Below are positions 50,433 through 61,466 of a DNA stretch of 64,000 nucleotides, one piece after another. A program made the translations under genes and the position numbers. This DNA is from an uncultured Nitrospiraceae bacterium (lineage in GTDB: Bacteria > Nitrospirota > Thermodesulfovibrionia > Thermodesulfovibrionales > Dissulfurispiraceae). Position 1 is the stretch's first letter. Every line of letters starts with the position of its first letter. The notes under the pieces were generated by a model that saw only the letters and a program-made list of their open reading frames with translations, searched no databases and was not told where the DNA came from. Location of the stretch: positions 160,001 to 224,000 of the forward strand of contig CAVSHF010000005.1 of the NCBI GenBank assembly GCA_963727805.1. Direction: 5' to 3'.

Positions 50433-53102
50433 ATGGTTGATCTATTGAAGAAAATATTCGGTACCAAGAATGAACGTGAATTAAAGAGACTTTTCAAGGT
50501 CGTCGATGACATCAACGGGCTTGAACCCGGCATTTTACCCTTGAGCAACGAAGAGCTAGCGGCGAAGACCGTCGAATTCAAGCGTCTCCTTGGCGAAGGC
50601 AAAGCAGTCGATGATCTCCTGAACGAATCATTTGCCGTTGTGAGGGAAGCTTCGAAGCGTGTCCTCAACATGCGGCATTTCGATGTTCAGCTCATTGGAG
50701 GCGTTGTCCTTCATGAAGGGAAGATAGCTGAGATGAAGACGGGTGAAGGGAAAACGCTGGTGGCGACGCTCCCGGTCTATCTGAACGCCCTCGATGGCAA
50801 GGGTGTCCATGTCGTGACCGTCAATGATTACCTTGCCAAGAGAGACGCCCAGTGGATGGGAAAGGTATATCATTTTCTCGGTCTCTCAGTCGGGGTAATC
50901 CAGCACGATCTATCGTTTTTCTTCGATCCCGGATATCGTTCGGCCGATAAGAGATTTGATTTTCTGAGGCCCTGCAGCAGGAGAGATGCGTATTATGCCG
51001 ATATTACCTACGGGACCAACAACGAGTTCGGCTTCGACTATCTCCGCGACAATATGAAATACGATCTCTCCGACTTCAGCCAGAGAGAACTGAATTACGC
51101 CATCGTTGACGAAGTCGACAGCATCCTTATCGACGAAGCGCGAACCCCTCTGATTATATCTGGACCTTCCGAGGAGTCGACTGACAAGTATTACAAGATA
51201 AACAGGATTATCCCAAGCCTCAAGATTGACGCCGACTTCAAGATCGATGAAAAGCTCAAGACCGTCACCCTGAACGAATCTGGAAACGCAAAGGTCGAGC
51301 GTTTGCTCGGTGTGTCCAATCTGTACGACCCGTCGAATATCGAACTGGTGCACCATGTGCTTCAGGCTTTGAGGGCGCATCACCTTTATAAATTAGACGT
51401 AGAATATGTGGTAAAAGATGGAGAGGTCGTCATTGTCGATGAATTCACCGGAAGGCTTATGCCCGGAAGGCGCTGGAGCGATGGTCTCCACCAGGCGATT
51501 GAAGCGAAAGAAGGTGTCAAGATAGCCAGCGAGAACCAGACGCTCGCCACGATCACCTTTCAGAACCTCTTCAGGATGTACGGCAAGCTCGCCGGAATGA
51601 CAGGAACCGCCGACACCGAGGCGTCGGAATTCGCCCAGATTTACAACCTCGAAGTATTGGTGATCCCTACCAACAAGCAGATGAGAAGATCCGATCATCC
51701 TGATGTTGTTTATAAAAACCAGAATGGCAAATTTAACGCCGTCATCGGTGAGATCGAAGAGTGTCACAAGAAAGGCCAGCCGGTCCTTGTCGGAACGACC
51801 TCGATCGAAAAATCGGAGATTCTCAGCAATCTCTTAAAAAAGAAACAAATAAAGCACGCAGTCTTGAATGCCAAATTTCACGAGAAGGAGGCAGAGATCG
51901 TTGCCCAAGCTGGCAGATATGGCGCCGTAACCATCGCCACTAACATGGCGGGGAGAGGGACTGATATCGTGCTCGGCGGAAACCCGGACGGACTGGTGGA
52001 AGACATCCTGAAAGGCAAGGACTCTACTACCGAGGAAGAATTCAATGCAGCCCATGTAAAAGCGCTCGAAATCTGTCTACGTGAAAGGGAACAGGTTGTG
52101 GATGCCGGCGGACTCAACATCATTGGCACCGAGCGCCATGAAGCGCGAAGGATCGATAATCAACTCCGCGGCAGATCGGGTAGGCAGGGCGACCCAGGAT
52201 CGTCGAGATTCTACCTCTCGCTCGAAGACGACCTCATGCGCATCTTTGGCTCAGACAAGATCAACAGCCTTATGACCCTGCTGAAGATGGACGAAGACAT
52301 GCCAATCGAAAATAAGATGGTCACAAAGGCGATAGAGAACGCACAGAAGAAAGTCGAGGGTCACAATTTCGATATCAGAAAGCATCTCCTGGAATATGAC
52401 GATGTCATGAACAAACAGCGCACTGAGATCTATTCCTTCAGGCGCGAAATCCTGTTAAGCGAATCGTTGAAGCCCAAGATATTCGATATGATCGAGGATG
52501 TGGTCGACGAGTTGCTTTTTGTCTATTGCCCTGAAGACCGTTACGACGAGTGGGACAATGCTGGCCTTGCCGTCGCCCTTGAAGGCTCGTTCGCGATCAA
52601 ACCATCCCTGAATGCTTTCAAAGGGATTGATGACCTGAAGAGTCTCATCATCTCGTCGCTACAGGACGCTTACGAGAAGAAAGAGGTTGAGTCAGGTGCC
52701 GAGATAATGCGCTATCTCGAAAAGATGATACTCCTGCAGGTTATAGACGCACAATGGAAAGATCACCTCCTGAATATAGATCACCTGAAGGAGGGGATAG
52801 GGCTCCGTGGGTACGCCCAGAAAGACCCTCTTGTCGAATACAAGAAGGAGGCATTCGAACTCTTTGCGGAAATGTCAGATCGCATTAAGTCTGAGGCCCT
52901 TATGCGGCTCTACAAAATACAGGTTGTACACGAAGAAGCCGAGGTCAAGATAAAAAAAGAACAGCAACGTCTTGTCTACAACAAGTCGGAGGGCGGGGAC
53001 GGTCCAAGGAGGCCCTCTGCGAGGGAACAAAAGGTTGGGAGAAATGAACCCTGCCCTTGCGGCAGCGGGAAAAAATACAAAAAGTGCTGTGCAAACAAAT
53101 AA
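50433..53102 (+). CDS. secA: Preprotein translocase ATPase SecA
   Basis: [69 protein letters not shown]. Confidence 0.98.
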   Translation: MVDLLKKIFGTKNERELKRLFKVVDDINGLEPGILPLSNEELAAKTVEFKRLLGEGKAVDDLLNESFAVVREASKRVLNMRHFDVQLIGGVVLHEGKIAEMKTGEGKTLVATLPVYLNALDGKGVHVVTVNDYLAKRDAQWMGKVYHFLGLSVGVIQHDLSFFFDPGYRSADKRFDFLRPCSRRDAYYADITYGTNNEFGFDYLRDNMKYDLSDFSQRELNYAIVDEVDSILIDEARTPLIISGPSEESTDKYYKINRIIPSLKIDADFKIDEKLKTVTLNESGNAKVERLLGVSNLYDPSNIELVHHVLQALRAHHLYKLDVEYVVKDGEVVIVDEFTGRLMPGRRWSDGLHQAIEAKEGVKIASENQTLATITFQNLFRMYGKLAGMTGTADTEASEFAQIYNLEVLVIPTNKQMRRSDHPDVVYKNQNGKFNAVIGEIEECHKKGQPVLVGTTSIEKSEILSNLLKKKQIKHAVLNAKFHEKEAEIVAQAGRYGAVTIATNMAGRGTDIVLGGNPDGLVEDILKGKDSTTEEEFNAAHVKALEICLREREQVVDAGGLNIIGTERHEARRIDNQLRGRSGRQGDPGSSRFYLSLEDDLMRIFGSDKINSLMTLLKMDEDMPIENKMVTKAIENAQKKVEGHNFDIRKHLLEYDDVMNKQRTEIYSFRREILLSESLKPKIFDMIEDVVDELLFVYCPEDRYDEWDNAGLAVALEGSFAIKPSLNAFKGIDDLKSLIISSLQDAYEKKEVESGAEIMRYLEKMILLQVIDAQWKDHLLNIDHLKEGIGLRGYAQKDPLVEYKKEAFELFAEMSDRIKSEALMRLYKIQVVHEEAEVKIKKEQQRLVYNKSEGGDGPRRPSAREQKVGRNEPCPCGSGKKYKKCCANK

Positions 53103-53135
53103 TTCATAAGATCGTGCAAAAAAGGAAGATCGGGT

Positions 53136-53537
53136 ATGAGGGATACGAATCAACGAAAATTTGAAAGGGTTGAGACACATGTAAAAGTGAAATTGCCGGG
53201 TGATGTGGCTTGGACTGAATGTATCAACTCCAATGTCAGCGGTGGCGGTCTCTTTTTCGAAGCTGCGAAACCATTAAATACGGGGGATTTCGTTAACCTT
53301 CAGTTTATGCTCCAGGCCAGGTCTGGGACCCTTTCCAATGTCCATTTCTTCGCTTCCGCCAAGGTCATCAGGATCACGCCGGGAAACAAAGGGTTCCATG
53401 TCGCTGTCGAATTTATCGTCGACGAAGATGTGAGAAAAGAGATACTTAAGCTTATTGAGAAGATAAAGAGCGAGAGCCTCAAGGTCGAGCGTCCGACCAC
53501 CCACGATGCCGTACTCCATAAGCTCAAGCCGGAATAA
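53136..53537 (+). CDS. PilZ domain protein
   Basis: QRKFER (RxxxR) and NVSGGG (NxSxxG). Confidence 0.8.
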   Translation: MRDTNQRKFERVETHVKVKLPGDVAWTECINSNVSGGGLFFEAAKPLNTGDFVNLQFMLQARSGTLSNVHFFASAKVIRITPGNKGFHVAVEFIVDEDVRKEILKLIEKIKSESLKVERPTTHDAVLHKLKPE

Positions 53538-53556
53538 TCTTTAATGGCTCCGCCAT

Positions 53557-53579
53557 CCTCCTCTGAAGCAAAGAGGAGG
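53557..53579. terminator. Hairpin between convergent genes
   Basis: CCTCCTCT-GAAGCAA-AGAGGAGG, perfect 8-bp stem; no U-tract. Confidence 0.4.
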
Positions 53580-53600
53580 CACCAAGTGATTATGATTCCA

Positions 53601-54092
53601 CTACTTTACTAATTTTGGCTTGTCCCTTTTGGCCTTGACGATGCAAAAAAAACCGAACGGTTCGTCATAAGGATTCGACAGTTGATGGACACTATTCGGG
53701 GCCAGATAGACAGTGTCGAGATGCTTTATTGTGTATAAGCTGTCGCCTATAAGGACCCTGCCCCGCCCCCTGATGCAGATGACCACATGCTCATGTCGGT
53801 GCTTTTCCCTGCTGCTGAAGCCTTTCGGCGCTATCTCGAAGTATCTCAGGTGAAATGTCGCGCTCTCGCCGCTCTTACCGATGAGCACGTTACGAGTAAT
53901 GGATGACCATCCGCCGTCCTGTTGTTTATAACGCTCTATGCTGACACCACCCCACCTGCACCCGCCTTTGTGCCGGTATATTTTATCAGTGTTGACGCGG
54001 CCTACTGTTCCTTGCTTAGGAGGATTCCAGTCACAGGTTAGTGCGCTTTTTACTTTTTTTGCTCCTGCAGCTTCGTTCTTCTTTTTTGGCAT
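53601..54092 (-). CDS. Cupin domain protein
   Basis: LRYFEIAPKG, EKHRHEHVV, GRG, HQL, GFFCIV. Confidence 0.85.
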   Translation of the reverse strand: MPKKKNEAAGAKKVKSALTCDWNPPKQGTVGRVNTDKIYRHKGGCRWGGVSIERYKQQDGGWSSITRNVLIGKSGESATFHLRYFEIAPKGFSSREKHRHEHVVICIRGRGRVLIGDSLYTIKHLDTVYLAPNSVHQLSNPYDEPFGFFCIVKAKRDKPKLVK

Positions 54093-54458
54093 AGTCTATT
54101 ATGTCAAACCTGCTCGCCCATTGTCACCATGATCTAAAATAGCGGATTAGGACGATTAAGCGGGACAAGACAAAAGCACCACCGGTCTCTTCAGGCTAAT
54201 AACAGCAGAAGGATCATCGGGATTACGAAACTGAAAGATTCTGATGATATGCTCCTGCTTCTTGTGGATCTTGAAAATGTCATATCTAACATGAGGGCAC
54301 TCGAATGCAAAAAGAAATAGTTATTCATGAGTTAAAATAAGACCAGTAAAAGGATAATAAGCAATAGCCTCACAGCCGATGATGCTTGGGTTACACGGGG
54401 GACACTCACGGATTCTATCCCACCCTTCTGTTGAAGAAGCATCACGCTTCGTGCTGAG

Positions 54459-55484
54459 CTAAAAAACGATTAGACTTTTGAGAGAAGTTTTTGCCTCCGA
54501 GGTAAGCCGGTAGGCTTTATCTGTTTCATCTATTGGAAATCGGTGAGTAACTAATTTTTCTGCGGTCACTATTCCCTTCTGAATAAAAAGAAGCGCCTCC
54601 CGCGTATCGTCGGGACCGCAGGAATAACTCGTAGAGATCCTAACGTCTTTAAAGTAGAGTTCATTGGGATCGATAGTGAGTAGTTCACCGGGCTTGGCCG
54701 GCGTGAAGAGGAGAACAGTCCCGCCGCGTGCAACCGTTGTCAAGCCCTGCTTCATGGCCTCCACGCTGTTGGGCCCCACGATCACCGTATCGGCCATCAT
54801 ACCCTTTGTAATTCTGTGTACCCCGTCCGCCAAGTCCTCCTTTGAGACATCTATGATATGGTCGGCCCCGAATTCAAGCGCTTTTTGGAGCCTGAAAGGC
54901 ACCATATCGACACCGATGAGCCTTTCGGCACCAAATTCCCGGGCTAAAAGAATGTGCATCTGGCCCATAACGCCCAGACCGATAATGAGCACCGTATGGC
55001 CTTTTTTTATCAGAGACCTTCGGAGCGATTTAACCACACAGGCTGCCGGTTCGACAAGCGTACCATCTTCGAAACTCATGCCAGCGGGAAGGACAATCGT
55101 ATCATTCTTTAGGTTCGTTCCAGGAACCATTATGTATTCGGAAACACCGCCGGGGATAATCCTGGTTCCGCGCCACGTTGCGCACTGAACATAATCTCCC
55201 CTCAAGCAGTATTCACAAGTCAGACAAGGAGCGTGGTGATGAACAAAAACCCTGTCGCCCTTCTGCAACGGTCCCAAGTATTTGCTGCCGAGTTCTGCAA
55301 TCTCTCCGGCAGGCTCGTGCCCTAGCACAAGGGGCGCTTTTTTCTCTATGTACCAGGGCATGACATCACCGGAGCAAACACCGCAGGCCGCCGTCTTAAT
55401 GAGGGCATCCTGCTGCCCCACCTCAGGGATTGGTATATCTTCAATCCTTATGTCGTCGAAGGTATAAAGCCGTGCAACTTTCAT
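54459..55484 (-). CDS. Zinc-dependent alcohol/polyol dehydrogenase (MDR family)
   Basis: CGVCSGD, GHE, CLTCEYC...C structural Zn site, GLGVMG. Confidence 0.9.
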   Translation of the reverse strand: MKVARLYTFDDIRIEDIPIPEVGQQDALIKTAACGVCSGDVMPWYIEKKAPLVLGHEPAGEIAELGSKYLGPLQKGDRVFVHHHAPCLTCEYCLRGDYVQCATWRGTRIIPGGVSEYIMVPGTNLKNDTIVLPAGMSFEDGTLVEPAACVVKSLRRSLIKKGHTVLIIGLGVMGQMHILLAREFGAERLIGVDMVPFRLQKALEFGADHIIDVSKEDLADGVHRITKGMMADTVIVGPNSVEAMKQGLTTVARGGTVLLFTPAKPGELLTIDPNELYFKDVRISTSYSCGPDDTREALLFIQKGIVTAEKLVTHRFPIDETDKAYRLTSEAKTSLKSLIVF

Positions 55485-55500
55485 TGAATCAGGTATTAAG

Positions 55501-57690
55501 TCAGGAAGGCTTCAAGATGAGGCATGAGAGCGGTGGCAGAATGAGTTTCAGCGAGTATTTCCTGCCATAAACCTCTATCTCATCAGCGGAAACCCCGCCG
55601 GAATTGCCCATGTTACTTCCCCAATAAAGTGCGGAATCGCTGTTCATCAACTCGCGGTACGACCCACCTTTCGGGACCCCTATGCGGTAGTCTTGCCGAG
55701 GCACCGGCGTTAGATTGAGGACAAAGACGAGAAAATCGTCTCCCTCCTTGGTTTTCCGGATAAAGGACAAGACACTATTGTCGGCATCCCGGAAATCAAT
55801 CCATTCAAACCCGCGCCATTCATAATCGACTTCATACAATGCCGCCTCTGTCCTGTACAGGGCATTCAGGTCGGTAAGATACTTTTTTAGTTTGATGTGT
55901 TGCTCATATTGTAGCAAATGCCAATCGAGGCTCTTGTCGAAATTCCATTCATCCCACTGCCCGAATTCCGCGCCCATGAAAAGAAGTTTTTTACCAGGGT
56001 GTCCGTACAAGTAACCGTAAAGAGCCCTAAGATTGGCAAACTTCTGCCACATATCTCCTGTCATCTTATTGAGCAGGGACCTCTTGCCGTATACCACCTC
56101 GTCATGGGAAAAAGGAAGCACGAAATTCTCTGTAAAGGCATAGAGCATACTGAAGGTGAGGTCGTTCGCATGGAATTTTCTATGGATGGGATCGTTCGAA
56201 AAATATTCGAGTGTATCATGCATCCACCCCATATTCCACTTCATGTCGAATCCGAGGCCTCCGAGGTACGTCGGCTTCGATACGCCAGTCCATGAAGTCG
56301 ACTCCTCCGCAATAGTGAGCACTCCGGGGTGGTACTGATGTACAACCTCGTTAAATTTCTTTATAAAATCTATCGCCTCGAGATTCTCGTTGCCTCCATA
56401 TTTATTGGGGATCCATTGCCCGGGCTCCCGCGAATAGTCGAGATAAAGCATGGATGCGACGGCATCGACTCTGAGCCCATCGATATGGTATTTGTCGAGC
56501 CAGAAGAGGGCGTTCGAAATAAGGTAATTCCTCACTTCGTTCCTTCCGTAATTGAAGATCAGTGTTCCCCAGTCCTTGTGTTCGCCCTGTCTGGGGTCGG
56601 CGTGTTCATAGAGACATGTTCCGTCGAAGAACCCCAGTCCGTGGCCGTCTTTCGGGAAGTGTGCAGGCACCCAGTCGACGATGACGCCGATGCCGTTCTG
56701 ATGGCAGGCATCAATGAAGTGCATAAAATCCGCCGGCTTCCCGAACCTGCTGGTGGGAGCGTAATATCCGAGTGTTTGGTATCCCCACGATGCATCAAAA
56801 GGATGTTCGGTCATCGGCATGAGCTCGATGTGCGTAAAGCCGAGTCCCTTCACATACGGGACAAGGTTTTCCGCCAGTTCAACGTAGGTAGGGAACCTGT
56901 CGCCCTGCTCTGGCACCCGCATCCATGATCCGAGATGTACTTCATACACTGACATGGGGGCCTGCAACCAGTTTTTCTGCGTCCTGGCTGTCAACCATTC
57001 AGAATCTCCCCACTTATGCCGGTTTTCGATTTCATAGACGATTGCAGCGCTTTTGGGCCTCACCTCGAAGCAGAAACTGAATGGATCGGCCTTGAGCTCC
57101 TGGTGTTTATAATATTTCGACTTTATTTCGTACTTGTAGACAGTCCCCTCGTCGAGGCCCGGGATGAATATCTCCCAAATTCCCGATGAACCAAGACCCC
57201 GCATCGGATGGCACCTACCGTCCCAGTTGTTGAAGTCTCCCACGACGCCAATATTTTTGGCATTAGGCGCCCAAACCGCAAAATGCACGCCCCTTATGCC
57301 GTCGATAGTCTTCACATGAGAGCCGAGCTTCTCATAATTCTTGTAATGGGTCCCCTCACCGATCAGATGAAGGTCAAAATCAGTAAGCACCGGAGGAAAG
57401 GAATAGGGGTCATGGAATTCCTTTTCTTCATTGTTGCGGGTGCGTATCCTAATCCTGTACCTGAAAAGCTTTGTGCCCTCGATTTCGACCTCAAAAAAGC
57501 CTTCCCGGTGTATCTTCCGCATTGCATATGCTTTTTCTTCTTCCGCATCCCGAATTATCCATGCCACCGTCACATCGGGGAGAAAAGCTCTAATCGTGAT
57601 GCAGTTTTCAGTTACATGCGGCCCAAGAAAATCAAAGGGGTTGCCATAGTCGGCCTTGAGAAGTTTTTTGATATGTCTGGAGATATCCAT
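55501..57690 (-). CDS. glgB: 1,4-alpha-glucan branching enzyme
   Basis: [52 protein letters not shown]. Confidence 0.97.
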   Translation of the reverse strand: MDISRHIKKLLKADYGNPFDFLGPHVTENCITIRAFLPDVTVAWIIRDAEEEKAYAMRKIHREGFFEVEIEGTKLFRYRIRIRTRNNEEKEFHDPYSFPPVLTDFDLHLIGEGTHYKNYEKLGSHVKTIDGIRGVHFAVWAPNAKNIGVVGDFNNWDGRCHPMRGLGSSGIWEIFIPGLDEGTVYKYEIKSKYYKHQELKADPFSFCFEVRPKSAAIVYEIENRHKWGDSEWLTARTQKNWLQAPMSVYEVHLGSWMRVPEQGDRFPTYVELAENLVPYVKGLGFTHIELMPMTEHPFDASWGYQTLGYYAPTSRFGKPADFMHFIDACHQNGIGVIVDWVPAHFPKDGHGLGFFDGTCLYEHADPRQGEHKDWGTLIFNYGRNEVRNYLISNALFWLDKYHIDGLRVDAVASMLYLDYSREPGQWIPNKYGGNENLEAIDFIKKFNEVVHQYHPGVLTIAEESTSWTGVSKPTYLGGLGFDMKWNMGWMHDTLEYFSNDPIHRKFHANDLTFSMLYAFTENFVLPFSHDEVVYGKRSLLNKMTGDMWQKFANLRALYGYLYGHPGKKLLFMGAEFGQWDEWNFDKSLDWHLLQYEQHIKLKKYLTDLNALYRTEAALYEVDYEWRGFEWIDFRDADNSVLSFIRKTKEGDDFLVFVLNLTPVPRQDYRIGVPKGGSYRELMNSDSALYWGSNMGNSGGVSADEIEVYGRKYSLKLILPPLSCLILKPS

Positions 57691-57732
57691 ATTTTATAGT
57701 GTATACATATTTTAACACAGGCAATAAATTTA

Positions 57733-57770
57733 TTGACGACATGAACAGTAACGTTCTATTCTAAAAAATG
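57733..57770 (+). promoter_or_regulatory. Promoter with probable leaderless start of aroC
   Basis: TTGACG (57733-38)-N18-TATTCT (57757-62)-N5-ATG (57768); no SD. Confidence 0.55.
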
Positions 57771-58940
57771 CTCTCGAAACTAAGATTTCTCACTGCCGGC
57801 GAATCTCATGGCAGGGGACTCATCGCCTTGCTCGAAGGAATACCCTCCGGCTTGTCGCTATCAGTGGATGATATCGACAGGGAATTGAAGCGAAGGCAAC
57901 AGGGTTATGGACGCGGCGGGAGGATGAAAATCGAGCAAGACCGAGCGACAATCATCTCTGGGGTTAGGTGGGGCAAAACTATCGGATCGCCCCTCTCGCT
58001 ACTAATCGAAAACAGGGACTGGAAAAACTGGAGGGAAGGGATGTCTCCGGATGCCGATCATGAAGGTTCGATTCCACCCGTCACAAAGCCGAGACCGGGG
58101 CATGCAGACCTTGCCGGGTCTTTGAAATACAACCATACTGATGTAAGGAACAGCCTTGAACGCTCCAGTGCGCGCGAAACAGCAGCGCGGGTCGCGGCAG
58201 GCGCAGTGGCGAAGAAGTTCCTCTCCGAATTCGGCATCACATTGGGTAGTTATGTTGTCCGTATCGGAAGCGTGGCCTTGAGTGAGAGCGATTTCGACGA
58301 GTCCCTCGATGCGTTTACCCGCGCAGAAGCCTCGCCGGTACGTTGCCCCGATGAAGAAACCTCAGATAAAATGGTCAGAATGATCGACTCAGCTATTCAG
58401 AATGGTGACACTCTGGGTGGCATCTTCAGAGTTGTCGTATCGGGTGTTCCCGTAGGACTTGGAAGCCACATCCAATGGGACAAGAGACTCAGCGCCCGTT
58501 TTATGATGGCGATTTCGAGTATACAGGCGATAAAAGGAGTAGAGATCGGGCTGGGGTTTAAAGCCGCTGAAAGATTCGGATCCGAGGTAATGGACGAAAT
58601 ATTTTATTCGAACTCACGTGGGTTCTTCAGAAATACGAACAACGCCGGGGGAATCGAGGGAGGGATTTCCAACGGCATGCCTATTGTCATCAGGGCAGCC
58701 ATGAAGCCAATTCCAACTCTTAGGAAACCCCTGCGTTCCGTAGATATGAGGACCGGAGAAGCCGTCGAGGCCGCTTATGAGCGGTCCGACACATGCGCAG
58801 TCCCCGCCGTTGCGGTCATCGCAGAAGCGATGGCGGCTTTGTGTACAGCCGATGCCTTGCTCGAGAAATGCGCTGGAGACAGCATTGACGAAACAAAAAG
58901 GAATTTCGGTGGCTACATGAAACATCTTAATTATTGTTAA
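57768..58940 (+). CDS. aroC: Chorismate synthase
   Basis: TAGESHG, RPGHAD, ERSSARETA, NNAGGIEGGISNG, KPIPTL. Confidence 0.97.
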   Translation: MLSKLRFLTAGESHGRGLIALLEGIPSGLSLSVDDIDRELKRRQQGYGRGGRMKIEQDRATIISGVRWGKTIGSPLSLLIENRDWKNWREGMSPDADHEGSIPPVTKPRPGHADLAGSLKYNHTDVRNSLERSSARETAARVAAGAVAKKFLSEFGITLGSYVVRIGSVALSESDFDESLDAFTRAEASPVRCPDEETSDKMVRMIDSAIQNGDTLGGIFRVVVSGVPVGLGSHIQWDKRLSARFMMAISSIQAIKGVEIGLGFKAAERFGSEVMDEIFYSNSRGFFRNTNNAGGIEGGISNGMPIVIRAAMKPIPTLRKPLRSVDMRTGEAVEAAYERSDTCAVPAVAVIAEAMAALCTADALLEKCAGDSIDETKRNFGGYMKHLNYC

Positions 58941-58950
58941 CCCTTCACGG

Positions 58951-60900
58951 ATGACGAATTTCGATCGCATAATCTTCTTTTCTCTGGTAATCGTTCTTTG
59001 CCTAACGGGGACATTGCGCGCCGCTGCAGACATGCCTGCGGTAACCGGTTTTTGCGCCCCATCCTGCATCGTGAACGGCAAGACAAGTCTTGAAAGGGGA
59101 GATTACGATAAGGCGATCGTTTTACTTACAGCAGCTTATGATGAAATGCCTTTCTTGGGCGACTATATACTCTTTTGGAGAGCACAGGCCTTCGACGGAA
59201 GGTCCGAAACCGAAAAGGCGCTCGAAGACTTGCAAATCGTAATCTCAAAATTCCCCGATTCGCCTATCATCAAGAGTGTCAGATCGCGGGAGATTGAGCT
59301 TGCCCAAAAAAAGGGCGAGAAAAACCTTGACGACCTTTTTCAGAAATTCATCGCAGACTACCCTTCGGAATCGAGGGCCAAATTTATCTACGCTGCTTAT
59401 CTGAAAAACGATAACAAAAAAGACAAGGCAAAGGCCCTTTTCAGAGAGATATTCGTGTCGGTCTCTCCCTTTTCAAAGAGCGCGGGAGAGGAGCTTTCAT
59501 CATCGGACATAACGGCGGCCGATCTCCTGAAACGGGGAAAGAACCTTAACAACGCCTGGCTCTTCGCGGAGTCGGAAAAGTGCTTCAGGGAGGCCCTGCG
59601 TCTGAAGGATGCGAAGAGCCATAAAAAGGAGCTTACCGAAGGGCTTGCCTATTCCCTTTTCAGACAGAAAAAGTATAAAGAGGCTGCCGGGCTTTATGCA
59701 GACTGCGACGATCGATACTGGAGGGCTAAGTCTCTCTTCCGGGCCGGCGACTTCGAACGGTTTGAAGCTGAGATTAACAGACTCTCCAAGCTCAATGACC
59801 CTCGCTCAGCATCGCTATTCCTTGCATACGCCTCGAAGAAAAGGCGCAGCGGGGATATTGAACACGCCCTGTCCATTTATAACGAAGTGTTGGCAAAGTT
59901 CCCAAGCGCAAAAGAAGATGCACTCTGGCAAAAGGGATGGACATATTATCGAACCGGGGACTACCAAAGAGCACTCGATGCCTTTTCATCTCTTCATAAA
60001 ACGTACGGCGGCGCACGCTATCTTTATTGGAAAAACCGAAGTCTTGAGACCCTGGGCACTACTGAGACGCTGCAGGCCATATCACTGATTCCCAATGACC
60101 GGAACAACAACTTCTATCTGTTTCTCTCATCGTTCAGAAACAGGGTTCCGGTGCCGGCCTTTGCCAAGAGTATGGCCGATCGTTGCATAAACTACGCTTT
60201 ACCCAAAAGAATCCAAGTGCTTGAGGATCTCGGATTTAAAAGCGAAGCCCTCTCCGAGATTATCTTCACCGCAAACAGGAACCTTCCTGAACTGGAGATC
60301 GCCTGCCTGAGCTTCTATGTAAAGAAAATGAGCGACTTCAAGACGTCGATCTCAATCGCCAACCGTATTACCTACCGGGAAGATCTGCACGAACTATATT
60401 ATCCGCCAGCGTATTGGGAGGTAGTCGAAGAAGCCGCACGGACAAACGATATCGACCCACTCCTCATCCTTTCGATCATGCGCGAAGAATCTCGCTTTGC
60501 GCCCGAGGCCCGATCAGTTGCCGGCGCCCTCGGGCTCTTGCAACTAATGCCTCAAACCGCTTCAAGAATGAGCGCACATGCCCACGTTTCGCTGAAACAC
60601 TCCGAAGATCTTTATGATATAAAAACGAATGTCTTTATTGGCACATACTACCTGAAGTCCCTTATTAATCATTTTGATTCAGTACCCCTTGCGATTGCCG
60701 CATATAATGCGGGTGAAGAAGCCGTTAAGGACTGGCTTACAGCAGGAAGATATAAATCGGCGGATGAATTCATCGAAGACATTCCCTATGATGAAACTAG
60801 GAATTACGTCAAGAAAGTGATAACAAGTTATTTCGAATACATGCGTCAGAACGGCAGGAAAGAGGTACCCTCTCTACTCATGAAAGCGGGGAATCCTTAA
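58951..60900 (+). CDS. TPR-containing soluble lytic transglycosylase (Slt-like)
   Basis: Signal peptide, TPR-like helices, IMREES, GLLQLMP, AAYNAG, ETRNYVKKV. Confidence 0.88.
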   Translation: MTNFDRIIFFSLVIVLCLTGTLRAAADMPAVTGFCAPSCIVNGKTSLERGDYDKAIVLLTAAYDEMPFLGDYILFWRAQAFDGRSETEKALEDLQIVISKFPDSPIIKSVRSREIELAQKKGEKNLDDLFQKFIADYPSESRAKFIYAAYLKNDNKKDKAKALFREIFVSVSPFSKSAGEELSSSDITAADLLKRGKNLNNAWLFAESEKCFREALRLKDAKSHKKELTEGLAYSLFRQKKYKEAAGLYADCDDRYWRAKSLFRAGDFERFEAEINRLSKLNDPRSASLFLAYASKKRRSGDIEHALSIYNEVLAKFPSAKEDALWQKGWTYYRTGDYQRALDAFSSLHKTYGGARYLYWKNRSLETLGTTETLQAISLIPNDRNNNFYLFLSSFRNRVPVPAFAKSMADRCINYALPKRIQVLEDLGFKSEALSEIIFTANRNLPELEIACLSFYVKKMSDFKTSISIANRITYREDLHELYYPPAYWEVVEEAARTNDIDPLLILSIMREESRFAPEARSVAGALGLLQLMPQTASRMSAHAHVSLKHSEDLYDIKTNVFIGTYYLKSLINHFDSVPLAIAAYNAGEEAVKDWLTAGRYKSADEFIEDIPYDETRNYVKKVITSYFEYMRQNGRKEVPSLLMKAGNP

Positions 60901-60955
60901 AATTCAATAATCGGTCATACAAGTCATAGACCTAAAAAAAGGAGGGATTACGAGT

Positions 60956-61168
60956 ATGCAGACAGTCGAAGAAAAAATCGCCCAAGTAATAGACAAGGTG
61001 AGAAACCTCAAGGAAGAAAAAAGCACCGTTGAGAAGAGAAACGGTGAACTTGAAGAGGCCCTTCGAGTGAAAGAGCAGGAGATAGAAAAACTCACCTTTG
61101 AAAAAAATACCATTAAGAACCAGATTGAGGACCTTCTCAAAGAACTTGAAGGCTTCGAACTCAAATAA
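60956..61168 (+). CDS. ZapB-like coiled-coil cell-division protein
   Basis: 70-aa heptad-rich protein with GGAGG SD, directly upstream of zapA. Confidence 0.65.
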   Translation: MQTVEEKIAQVIDKVRNLKEEKSTVEKRNGELEEALRVKEQEIEKLTFEKNTIKNQIEDLLKELEGFELK

Positions 61169-61175
61169 GATTGCC

Positions 61176-61451
61176 ATGGAAAGCTTAGAAATCACGATAC
61201 TCGGGCAGAAATACCTCATCAAGGGCAACTCGTCGAAGGAATATATGAGGCAGCTCGCCGATTTCGTGGACAGCAAAATCAGGGAGGTCTACCGACGTTC
61301 GCCGGGCACGACTCCCCTGAAGGCGGCCATTTTAACCGCCCTGGTGTTGTCGGACGAACTCCATAAAATCAGAAAAGACCATGCTTCGGTAACACAAAGC
61401 ATAAAAAAGATAGAAAATGGTGCGGAGTCACTACTAAACCTGATTGACTGA
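61176..61451 (+). CDS. zapA: Cell division protein ZapA
   Basis: ITILGQKYLIKG...LADFVDSKI...AAILTALVLSDEL. Confidence 0.85.
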   Translation: MESLEITILGQKYLIKGNSSKEYMRQLADFVDSKIREVYRRSPGTTPLKAAILTALVLSDELHKIRKDHASVTQSIKKIENGAESLLNLID

Positions 61452-61466
61452 CAAAGGGTGAAGTGC

